From: Octopus vulgaris
Lineage: Eukaryota
Direction of reading: 5' to 3'
Length of the DNA: 64,000 bases
NCBI GenBank assembly: GCA_951406725.2
Contig: OX597817.1
Span: 154,132,001-154,196,000 of the forward strand
Of this stretch, positions 53,445-64,000 are shown piece after piece (the stretch's first letter is position 1; each line of letters starts with the position of its first letter). The notes beneath the pieces were generated by a model. That model did not search any database, had not been told where the DNA came from, and saw nothing but the letters and a program-made list of their open reading frames with translations. Both the position numbers and the translations under genes were made by a program.

Positions 53445-54830
53445 ATGCCTAAGGGCAATAACAGCTCATAGGAAAGCGTCTACTCCAGTGTCAGAGGGAA
53501 ACTAATCGCATTCCTTGAAGAAAATAACTTGCTGAGTGATACTCAGCATGGCTTTCGACCAGGTAGGAGCTGCCTGACCCAGTTCTTACAACATCGACTG
53601 GGTGTTGAGGCAGTTACTCAACAAATCAAATGGGGACGTAATATACCTTGATTTTGCAAAAGCTTTTGACAAAGTGGATCGTGGCATGATATGCCACAAA
53701 CTGCGTGATCTCGGCATAGCTGGACAACTTGGAGAGCGGTTACATGACTTTCTGAAATATAGAAGTCAGGCAGTAGTGGCCGATGGAGCCACTTCAATCA
53801 AAACACAACTAGTGAACGGTGTTCCACAGGACACTCTCTTGAGACCACTGCTTTTCATAGTGGCCCTCTTAGATATGCCTTCAACTGCCCAGTAGCCACC
53901 CTTGCTAGATACGCAGACGATACGAAAGTCACGCAGAAAATACAGAACCCCAGCGATGTTGCACATCTGCAGCAGGAGTTGGAATCAATTTAAAGGTGGG
54001 CTGAGGATAATAATATGCAGTTCAATGCTGAAAAATTCCAAGCCCGACGCTACCAGCGTCCAAAACTGAATATGAAACTTACAGGGTACACTGGTCCAAT
54101 ACCAGAACCTAAATCAGTGAGGGACCTGGGTATCGACATGAGTGATGATATCTCTTTCCAAGTGCACATTACCAGGATGGCGACAAAGTGCAGACGACTG
54201 GCTGGATGGATCCTGAGAACATTCAGAACCAGAGATAAGGAAACTATGATGGTCCTCTGGTGGACATTCGTCCTCAGCCACCTGGATTACTGCTCCCAGC
54301 TATGGTCACTCAACAGTGTAAAATTAACAGGAGACCTTGAAGCAATCCAGCGAAGCTTCACAAAGAAGATCATCTCTTTGCAATAGCTCACCAACTGGGA
54401 AAGGCTGAAACAGCTAAGACTCTACTCCCTGAGGCGAAAGCGGGAGAAGTAGGCAGTAATATACATCTGGAAGATCCTGAAAAGAATTGTGCCAAATTTT
54501 GCCATTGACAGCTACACTAATGACAGAACGGGTCGACACTGCACAGTGCCAAAGATCCCAGCAATGCCATCGCGCTTCAGGACCAGTTACTGCAGCAGCC
54601 TGGGTTTCAGGGGCCCACAGCTTTTTAATATTCTCCCGAAAAGCCTGAGGAACTTGCACAAAGTAGATGTAGACGAACCTACCTGACAGCAAGAGGTGCA
54701 AATGAGGGTAGCTACATCAAACTCCATTCTTCACTAAGTGCAACATATTAGAAGAGGATCTTAGTAATAACAGTGTAGCAAAACGGTGATGCTCCAGCAT
54801 GGCCACCGCTCTGAGCTACAAAAAAAAAAT
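53445..54830 (+). mobile_element. Degraded CR1/L2-group LINE, RT to 3' end
   Basis: QHGFRPGRSC, YLDFAKAFDKV, GVPQ, YADDTK, VRDLG, HLDYCSQLW; multiple stops; A-rich tail. Confidence 0.92.
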
Positions 54831-55081
54831 TAAAGTGCATAATCTAAGAATCCTTTCAGGGTCACTAAAAGTAATTTAAAGAGCATAGACCAGGAATCCT
54901 TTCGGGGTCGACAAAATAAGTACAAGTTTGAGCACTGGGGTCGATATAATCGACTTAACCCCGCCTTTGAAAGTGCTGACATGGTGCCAAAATGTGAAAC
55001 CATTAATTCTAGCTCCTTTGCATTTGAAAATAATTACATATACATACACTACATAATACATACATACATACACACACACAC

Positions 55082-55128
<47 letters not shown>

Positions 55129-55194
55129 TGTATACACACACACACACATACATATTTAATGTGTGTGTGCATTTCTTGGCGTATGTTTATCTAT

Positions 55195-55227
<33 letters not shown>

Positions 55228-56060
55228 GTATTATATGACGCCAGTATAAAAGTGTGTATGAGGTAATAGTTAATAGTATATATACCTGTATGAATTCTAG
55301 TATCGTTCTGTAACGAACTAGAAAACAAATTCAATAAAAATGGTAAAATAATACTTCTAAACAAATGCAAAAGGAAAAATTATTTCAGATTCTTGTGAAG
55401 AATACACGCGAATTTATGACAAAAATACAAAAAAAAATTACATTCAATAAATTTAGAAATGTAAAGAATAGTTCTTCGGAAAGATTTATTAAACATTACT
55501 CAACTGCAGGATTCATCTGACATTTATCATGTACAGGCAATATAGATTTTTTTTCTTTCATTTTGTCCTTGCTACAAATGTCGTTTTTGTAAAGAAATTA
55601 TCTATGAATATTGTCAGTGGAGGAGGCTGGTAGATTGCATCCGTTCAGTATTAAGGATAATAAAATGGTAATGTTATGGTAAACAATTGAAATAATAACA
55701 AATGATAAATACATTGTTACATAGATGTGTGCAAAAATATTTCACGTCACGTTGTTATTGAATTTATTTAGGTTTTAAGCTGTCTTCCAAAGTGGTTCAT
55801 TGCTTGACCAAATGACAGCAACAACTTGAGATCTTTGGACAGAAACTTAACAAAATTGTATGCTATAATTGTAGTAGACACACGCATATATTTTCTCAGA
55901 CACATTTTAATTGTGCGTGCGTGCGTGCGTGCGTGCGTGCGTGTGTGTGTGTCTGTGTGTGTGTGTGTGTGTGTGCGCGCGCACGCATGTTTATGTCTGT
56001 ACATGTGGCGAGAGAGTGAGAGAAACAATGATAGATGGTGTATGTATCACATGATATATA

Positions 56061-56093
<33 letters not shown>

Positions 56094-56249
56094 AATAATG
56101 ATAAAAATAATAATTTCTTTAGTAACCATATGTGCGTGTATATGTATGTATGTATGTAGGTAGGTAGGTAGGTAGGTAGGTAGGTAGGTAGGTAGGTAGG
56201 TAGGTAGGTAGGTAGGTAGGTAGGTAGGTATATACTTGTATGTATGTCA

Positions 56250-56630
56250 TTATTCAGTTTTATTTCAAGATTTCTTGCCAATAGAGAAAGAGCCGGTTTC
56301 TAACCTAGATCCAAGGTTCCTTCATTGGAATTTCAGCAACATCAACAGGGTATTTTTGTATGTATGTATACGTGCAGATTTGTATGTTTTGTTTTACGTA
56401 TGTATTTTCATGCATATAGTTGCATATCTAGACATGCTCATATACTTAAATGATAAACTTCTGGAAAGTTTTACAGATTTTTACAGTTCCAGTAATGGCT
56501 TGGATCTGTAGTCTTCGAATCATCTTTCTCCTTTCAGGTTTTGAGAAGCCTAATTTCTCAATATTAGTATTGAGGCAGTGTGTTACATATCCCAGTGCTC
56601 CAATAATTACAAGTACAAACCTGAACTTTG
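56250..56630 (-). mobile_element. RLE-clade LINE 3' fragment
   Basis: FRFVLVIIGALGYV...LQIQAITGTVKICKTF. Confidence 0.75.
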
Positions 56631-57312
56631 ATTAGAGTAATTTGCAATTACTCTAATCTGGATAGAGTAATTGCAAATTTCTTAATAGTTCAGCGTAGGC
56701 ATTTTCTTTTACGCTGATCTGCAGTTTTATGCTAACATTTTCTGGGCAGCTGATTTCCACAACTGTACATAGTTTCTCTTCTCTATCCTAAATCCTTGTG
56801 TCAGATATATTGTCTTTATATTTTATTGAAATTTTAACTGGGACATTCCACCAGTAACGCCTTTTAACTGTGGGTGGCTATAGCTTCTACCATATTGTGG
56901 TTTCTTATTTCTTCGTACTCGACGACTTTAACCTCCCAACTGATTTCGTTATACAGTGTCCTAGCTACATCATATCACATCAGTAGCTAACACCGTGGTG
57001 ACATTTTCGGAGAACTGCTTATGATTTGGATGATATGCATGTTTGTATGTAAGCTAGTATATCTATGTATTTGGAGGCGCATATCTTAATGGTTAGGGTT
57101 TTAATTCATAGGTTGGAAATTGCGGTTTCGATTCCTAGGAGACGCCTTGTGTTCTTAAGCAAACCACTTCATTTCAGGTTTCTCCAATCCATTCAGCTAG
57201 CAAAAATGAGTAATTCTGCTACCGATCGGCATCCTGTTCAGAAAAGCAATACATTTACATCTCAGAATCCGGGCTTGTGAACCTGTAGCGTTTTTTACAA
57301 ACCATTTATATA

Positions 57313-57444
<132 letters not shown>

Positions 57445-57800
57445 CAAAATGGGACAAGAACGCAAAACATCCGGTCAACTAGGTGATACAAAAAGGGACA
57501 ACAAAACATTCAGATAGACGATACAAAAAAACAGGTACGGGTCATTCGAAGCTTTCTACCCTCAGTCAAGAACCAGATCATCCTCGCAATTTCGGTTGAT
57601 TAATCTTGAGATTGCTCCAATCTGGCCAGCCTCAAGGAAAAACTAAGCTAAGAGCATTAGATTCCTTGGAAGAAAGCATCGAATGTATACAAAAACAAGG
57701 ACGAAAAAACAGACAATGTTACACAAATATAAATACAACATAAATACAATATAAATACAATAAAAATAATAATAAGTAAAAAAATGTAAGAAAGAAAAAT

Positions 57801-57875
57801 AGACTAAGCAGAGCAAGAGGAGACGCATTGGGTAAATAATCGCTGAATATGTCACATGGTGTGTGACGAAAGAGC
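57801..57875 (+). mobile_element. Decayed copy of the hammerhead-bearing repeat at 22.6 kb
   Basis: gactaagc.gagcaa...cgCTGAATA-t-GTCACA-tggtg-TGTGAC-GAAAga aligns with the reverse complement of 22650-22735. Confidence 0.55.
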
Positions 57876-58030
57876 ATGACAAAGAAATAAAAATAATAGT
57901 AATCTTTTCTACTCTAGGCACAAGGCCCGAAATTTTTAGGGTGGGGGCCAGTCGATTAGATCGACTCCAGTACGCAACTGGTGCTTAATTTATCGACCAC
58001 GAAACCATGAAAAGCAAAGTCGACCGCGGA

Positions 58031-58135
58031 CACACATAACCAATGACACACATAGCCAACTCAATGTCACACATAACCAATGACACACATAGCCAACTCA
58101 ATGTCACACGTGACTCAATGACTCATATAACCAAC
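58031..58135. repeat. Short minisatellite, ~37-bp unit
   Basis: cacataaccaatgacacacatagccaactcaatgtca present twice plus a partial copy. Confidence 0.85.
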
Positions 58136-58619
58136 TAATCAACTAATTATGAAGGAATTTGATCAGTTATTCTAAAACTGATAATTTTCATAGACTTGAA
58201 TAAGAACCGGATTTTTTTTCTAACGCAGAGATAAGAAACGGTTTCATAATCCCCATTTTCTTTGCTGTACAGTATCTACGTAGAAAGAAAAAGTCGCATC
58301 CACTTGAGTTGGTTCAATTTAAGATTTGCTTGGTAGCTAATTCAATTACTTATCAGAGCATTAACAGTTTTTTTTTTAATATGATGCTACGATGTATTAG
58401 AGAATAAATGTATAGATTTTTAGACAGCAGTGTCTATAGACAAATGTAAATGCTTTGCTTTTTACACAATATCTTTCTAGACAGAAAGAGAGGTGTCAAC
58501 TAGTTCGTTTTCAACTTACTCTTTAATATGTTGTAACATCATAACAAAATACTGTTAATGCGCAATATTTTACGCGAATAGGTTTATCTAATTTACAAGA
58601 CACAATCTCAACGTACGGT

Positions 58620-59155
58620 CCAACACTTCGATCGATTCAGATACATTCCCACCCTAGTCATGGCAGCTCTCTCTATTGTGAAGTTGAGCACATCTCCACT
58701 CTCCTTCTTCATCTTTCCCCGTCCATAACCGCTTTCTTTTCCCCTCATACAACCCCTGCAGTGCACTATTCTACGCGTACTCCGTATCCTCTTTTCCGAC
58801 CCATCATTTCCTACATTCTTTCTCACACGCTCTTAACCTCTTCTAAGTGTATCTATAACCTACATGACGTAACTGTTCGTAACTCTTTTCCTATAATTTG
58901 CATCCAACCAGGATTCCTGCCTTGTTTCAAAATCCCCCCTGCCTTCGACAAACCTCTCTTTCAACACCCACTCCCCTTCAACACACTTCCTCTTCAATTC
59001 TCCTACTCTTTAATACCCTCCCCTTCAACACCCCTCCCTTCAAAACACTCTACTCTTCAACACACCCTCCTCACCAGACCCAAGCGCCACTCTTTCTATC
59101 CAACTAATTCCTTCATTTGCATCTCTACCAATCTTATTTCCTGTATAAAATAGCC
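58620..59155 (+). mobile_element. Penelope-like linker / GIY-YIG remnant
   Basis: K..YNLHDVTVRNS...PGFLPC...NSFICISTNLISCIK resembles NLxDxLVRS...FTCxSxNLIYCI. Confidence 0.7.
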
Positions 59156-59333
59156 TCAGAACACCCCAGTTGCAACATTAGACCGCTAGCTCGGAGGAAA
59201 TTCAGCATTATCAGCAAAGCAACGGCTTTAATTAAGTATGTCAAGAGTTGCCTCTCTTTGCTGTTTCCCATTGATATCGACTAAAAAGCTAGAAACGCAT
59301 CTGAGAATCCAACAGGCAGCAGCACTGGACAGA

Positions 59334-59720
59334 TGGAAGCACTCCGTCGGTTACGACGATGAGGGTTCCGGTTGATCCGAATCAACGGAACAGCCTGCTC
59401 GTGAAATTAACGTGTAAGTGGCTGAGCACTCCGCAGACACGTGTACCCTTAACGTAGTTCTCGGGGATATTCAGCGTGACACAGAGAGTGGCAAGGCCGA
59501 CCCTTTGAAATACAGGTACAACAGAAACAGGAAGTAAGAGTGAGAGAAAGTTGTGGTGAAAGAGTACAGCAGGGATCACCACCATCCCCTGCCGGAGCCT
59601 CGTGGAGCTATAGTCGGTCGGCCCGAGGCTATAGTAGAAGACATTTGCCCAAGGTGCCACGCAGTGGGACTGAACCCGGAACCATGTGGTTGGTAGACAA
59701 GCTACTTACCACACAGCCAC
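59334..59720 (-). mobile_element. Chimeric SINE: family A head fused to family B body and tail
   Basis: 59612-59720 matches the A head; 59334-59608 matches B from agctccacgagg onward. Confidence 0.85.
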
Positions 59721-59964
59721 TGAATGAATTTACAAGAAAAATTGCTTACTAATGGGGACTTTCTACGGAAAGAGACAGGAACTTTATAGTTTGCGAGGAA
59801 AATTTGTTTGTTCAAAGGAAAAATAGTATTTAATTTGCGAAGGGAAAATCTTCGATCGTAAATTAACAATTCGGCTAAGCTAAAAGAAAAAAAGTAATTA
59901 AATTTCTATTCAAAATACATTTATTTCACAAAAAGAAGAATTAATGAGGTATGGCAAAGACAGA

Positions 59965-60258
59965 TGGGGTGTTTGTTCCTTCTCGAGCCATGCCTTGCTC
60001 ATAAGGGCCGGTTTCCCGGTTTCCTTGGCGTATAGGTTCCCCACCTGCACGGGACGCCGGTCCATCGCAGGTGAGCTGCAAGATGCAGAAAGAAAGAGTG
60101 AGAGAAAGTTGTGGCGAAAGAGTCAGCAAAACTTCGCCATTACCTTCTGCCGGAGCCGCGTGGAGCTTAGGTGTTTTGCCCATAAACACACACATCACCC
60201 GGTCTGCGATTCGAACCCGCGAGTCCGCTGCTCTAACCACTAGGCCATGTGCCTCCAC
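59965..60258 (-). mobile_element. SINE family E (B-type head, different tail)
   Basis: B head up to ctctcactct, then cctgcgatggaccggcgtcccgtgcagg...gaaaccgg. Confidence 0.8.
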
Positions 60259-61711
60259 GAGAGATGGGCTGGAGTACAGTAACTACAATAACAGATATCA
60301 GAATCAGAAGGACAGTTTTTCACTCGTGTGTGTAGACTGTCCATATTCGTCTTTATACTAAATGCGTTACCTGTTTTAATATGTGCAATATATTACCCTC
60401 ATCCAACCGTTTATTATATAGATATTCTGTGATCCCAGTTCGTGCGACACATTTGTGTTCTATGGATGGGCTCTTTTGTGGAATATATAATGGATTATTA
60501 TTACTTCATTGCACGGTATGGATCTAAAATACGGTTTTCGTCGATTTATCTTCAACCTGTCACCTTTAACAAAAAGCCTCAGAGAGACAGTATCTTTCAA
60601 AGAATATAAGTTGTTCCAAGGAAGGCAATAAAGAAATGGTTATTATTGTTTCAGTTATTGCTTTCGCTACTGTTGTTGTTGTTGTTGTTGTTGCTGTTGG
60701 TGTGTTTATTGTTGCTCCTGCGATTGTTGCTGCTGTCTTATGCTGTTGTTACTATTTATCAGCTGTCACTGGCTGAGTGGTAAAAAGAGGGATCATTTTT
60801 AGACAGTTAATTTGAAAGAAAAAAATAATAATAATTGACACGGATTGTTAATAGAGGTTTAATAAATGGGAAAACAAGAAAGAGTAAAACCAGTGTTATT
60901 ATCATGAGTGGCTGATATTACGAATCAGACTAACTTGAAATACAGTGGGTGTGTAAGGACAGCAAAAGAAAGCCAAATATATTGCAATATGAGAGCAGAA
61001 ACGTTACCACGCCGGGCGAAATGCGTATTTCGTCTGCCGTTACGTTCTGAGTTCAAATTCCGCCGAGATCGACTTAGCCTTTCATCCTTTCGGGATCAAT
61101 AAATTAAGTACCAGTTACGCACTGGGGTCGATATAATCGACTTAATCCGTTTGTCTGTCCTTGAAATAAATATGAGAGCGGCTTATATAATAACTATAAT
61201 AATAGTTATTATTATTACTTCAGTGCAGTGGGAAAGGTTTTCACTATGTGTGGTGAGTTGCATTGGTTTTTGCATTTCCTATTGTATTTACGGCGCTCGG
61301 ACAATTCCTTGTAGGTCAATTTATACTATTTTTTATAGGAGTTTTCTTTGTATAAAGCTCCTATTTCTCAGTATTCATGGTAAATATAATTTGTTTGCCT
61401 TAGATTCTGGGTACTGTATTATAGATACGCTCAATATTTTTCTTGTATTTTTTACTTTGTGTAAGATGGCAAGTTCGTAGTGAAGGCACGTATCGCATAA
61501 TGGTTAGAGTGTTACACTCGCGATTGCAAGATGGTAGTTTCAGTTCCCGAAACTCTTCTGTAAATGAGTTCCAACAACAGCTGGAAAGTTAACCCCGCGA
61601 CAGATCGACGTCCTGCTCAGGAAGAGCAGAGAGTATTGTAATCTCAGTCATTTATAAGACAGAAACCGGTTTAAGCTACGGTTTTATGTCTCCTACACCT
61701 CAAAACACTGA

Positions 61712-62095
61712 TGGAAGCACTCCGTCGGTTACGACGATGAGGGTTCCGGTTGATCCGAATCAACGGAACAGCCTGCTCGTGAAATTAACGTGTAAGTGGC
61801 TGAGCACTCCACAGACACGTGCACCCTTAACGTAGTTCTCGGGGATATTCAGCGTGACACAGAGAGTGACAAGGCCGGCCCTTTGAAATACAGGTACAAC
61901 AGAAACAGGAAGTAAGAGTGAGAGAAAGTTGTGGTGAAAGAGTACAGCAGGGATCACCACCATCCCCTGCTGGAGCCTCGTGGAGCTTTAGGTGTTTTCG
62001 CTCAATAAACACTCACAACGCCCGGTCTGGGAATCGAAACCGCGATCCTATGACCGCGAGTCCGCTGCCATAACCACTGGGCCATTGCGCCTCCA
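61712..62095 (-). mobile_element. SINE family B
   Basis: TSD CACCTCAAAACA. Confidence 0.92.
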
Positions 62096-62620
62096 CACCT
62101 CAAAACAAAGACTATTATAAATGCTAATTGTTATTAAGACGGAGGAAGTATTGATAAATATACGTTGTCTTTGTTTTATGTCTACCATTCTATTTCTTTC
62201 TAATCTTTTCTTTCATTTGTGTACGTTGTACAAGGCGTAGTTCATTGGTTTCTAAATGTTTGTATATTTCCGTTTCTTTTAAAATTTTCTTATCTCAAGT
62301 TCTTTATCTAGCATAATATTAGTGTTCTTAATTAGTTTTCTTCCCTTCAATTTTTGGCTTAACACAATTTTTCAAATGCGAATTTCAAGTCAATATCTCC
62401 GGTAAATACAATTACTGTCTTCAACAGTTTTATTATTTGTTTATAATCAGCATCGATCACGAGATCATCTATAAACAACTTTTTATGTCTTGAGTTGAAA
62501 TGCTGCTGAAGTCGACTTTGCCATTCATCCTTTCGGGGTCGATGAAAGAAATGCCAGTCGATGTAATCGACTAGTCCTTCCTCCAAAATGTTTCAGGCAA
62601 TGTGCTTATAGTAGAAAAGA

Positions 62621-62703
<83 letters not shown>

Positions 62704-62790
62704 CATCATTATTATTATTATTATTATTATCATTATTATCATCATTATTATTATTATTGTTATTATTATTATTATTATCATTATTATTAT

Positions 62791-63347
62791 TGAGTGAGAG
62801 AGCGGTGCATGCCATCAAAGTGGCACTGGGGTAAAATATACGAAGCCCACTATACCCATCATGACTACCCGTCCGATAAGGGTACACCAGACACATGCAT
62901 CACAACCATTTGTGCGCAACATGGTGATCTCATATCAAGATAAACAGCACACGACATTGCAGGTGGAGCCCAGTTAGAATTTTCTTCTGGTCGAGTAACC
63001 CATCCCGCTCAAAAGGTCCCTGAATAAGGGTTGTTTAAGGATGTTGAACGAAACACCCATGTTTCCAAAGGTGAATTACTCAAACCCACAAAGAATCCCT
63101 CTCAACACACGGATATGATGCTCTCCCACTATTTCTGCTTGTGTTCAGACTTACACATATAATCAGCCACAAAGGGACATGCCTAACTGGTTAAGGTCAA
63201 ACCACTGAGAAGCAAATCTGTGGTATTGAGTAGAATATTTGCTGTTAGCCCATCTCTTATACCAAGACAAAACAATGTCCGTGATAACACCTCCAATCAG
63301 TTAAGATCAGAAGCCATGGGAGCCACTGCCTGGTACTGCATCAGGCA

Positions 63348-63348
<1 letters not shown>
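62791..63348 (-). mobile_element. Non-coding ~555-bp interspersed repeat in (TAA)n tracts
   Basis: Other copies at 8755-9189 plus 9606-9660, and at 23138-23392; ends ctctcactc-(AAT)n. Confidence 0.8.
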
Positions 63349-63382
<34 letters not shown>

Positions 63383-63423
63383 TATTATTATTATTATTAA
63401 TATTATTATTATTATTATTATTA

Positions 63424-63526
<103 letters not shown>

Positions 63527-63980
63527 GACGTCGCCGCACAGTAATCAATTTCGTGAGGTTGTTGATTGAAGATATTGTGTCTACCAGGAGGCTGTACTGT
63601 CTGTCAAGTTACAACAAGGACGTCAGACAGACGGTACTTTACGCAATATGCGTTTCACTGACCATGTAATTCCATACGGAGTAGGGTTTCTTCTCTCTCG
63701 TTGGCTCTTGTTGATAGGAATTCATGAGCACACTCATGTCCATTTCTCTTGACCCCCTTCTGCGTTAGCAACATACTGTAGCAGGTCTTGTTTGCTGCTT
63801 ACCAAATATTCTGTCATGTTTCTTCTTTCACTGTTGATGCGCTCCTCTACGCTAATCTGCCCACGTCCACCTTCACCTCTCTTCATGTAGAGCCTGTGTA
63901 CATTTGTCTTCGGGTGGAGGGTTCCATGCATTGTCATTGTCTTTCGGATAGTGCGATCGAGTTGGTTAATCTCCATTTGT
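63527..63980 (-). mobile_element. Internally deleted Dong/R4-like LINE
   Basis: LDRTIRKTMTMHGTLHPKTNVHRLYMKRGEGGRG...ELHGQ, then a short 3' UTR and (AAT)n. Confidence 0.8.
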
Positions 63981-64000
63981 GTCCTGGCGAGCTGGCAGAA

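Noticed and set aside
57545-57650. Hammerhead on the minus strand (ttgagg...ccGAAAttgc)
   Set aside because: No CUGANGA core and no NUH triplet; probably a repeat end next to (TA)n.

Overview
AT-rich, repeat-dense eukaryotic DNA; the SINE and microsatellite content suggests an octopus or other coleoid cephalopod (inference). One host gene is visible: a + strand contactin-like neural cell-adhesion gene. I reconstructed 15 exons with GT-AG boundaries between 119 and 46605, encoding five Ig domains, FN3 domains and a C-terminal GPI-type hydrophobic tail. The 5' exons lie before the window, and FN3-3 plus part of FN3-4 are missing, probably in the 100-N gap at 37259-37358. Introns and the downstream region are filled with mobile DNA: several modular tRNA-derived SINE families (my working labels A-G), CR1/L2-group, RTE and Dong/R4-like LINE fragments, Penelope-like remnants, Helitrons, Tc1/mariner fragments and a Chapaev3-like transposon. 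The most notable unannotated signals are a set of type I hammerhead-ribozyme motifs (one sense-strand intronic copy embedded in a competing ~100-nt hairpin), a ~185-bp target-site duplication, a multimerising SINE whose 3' junctions fall at GGTAT, a non-coding (TAA)n-associated element, and visible head/tail shuffling among SINEs. All calls are by eye; no searches or folding programs were run.
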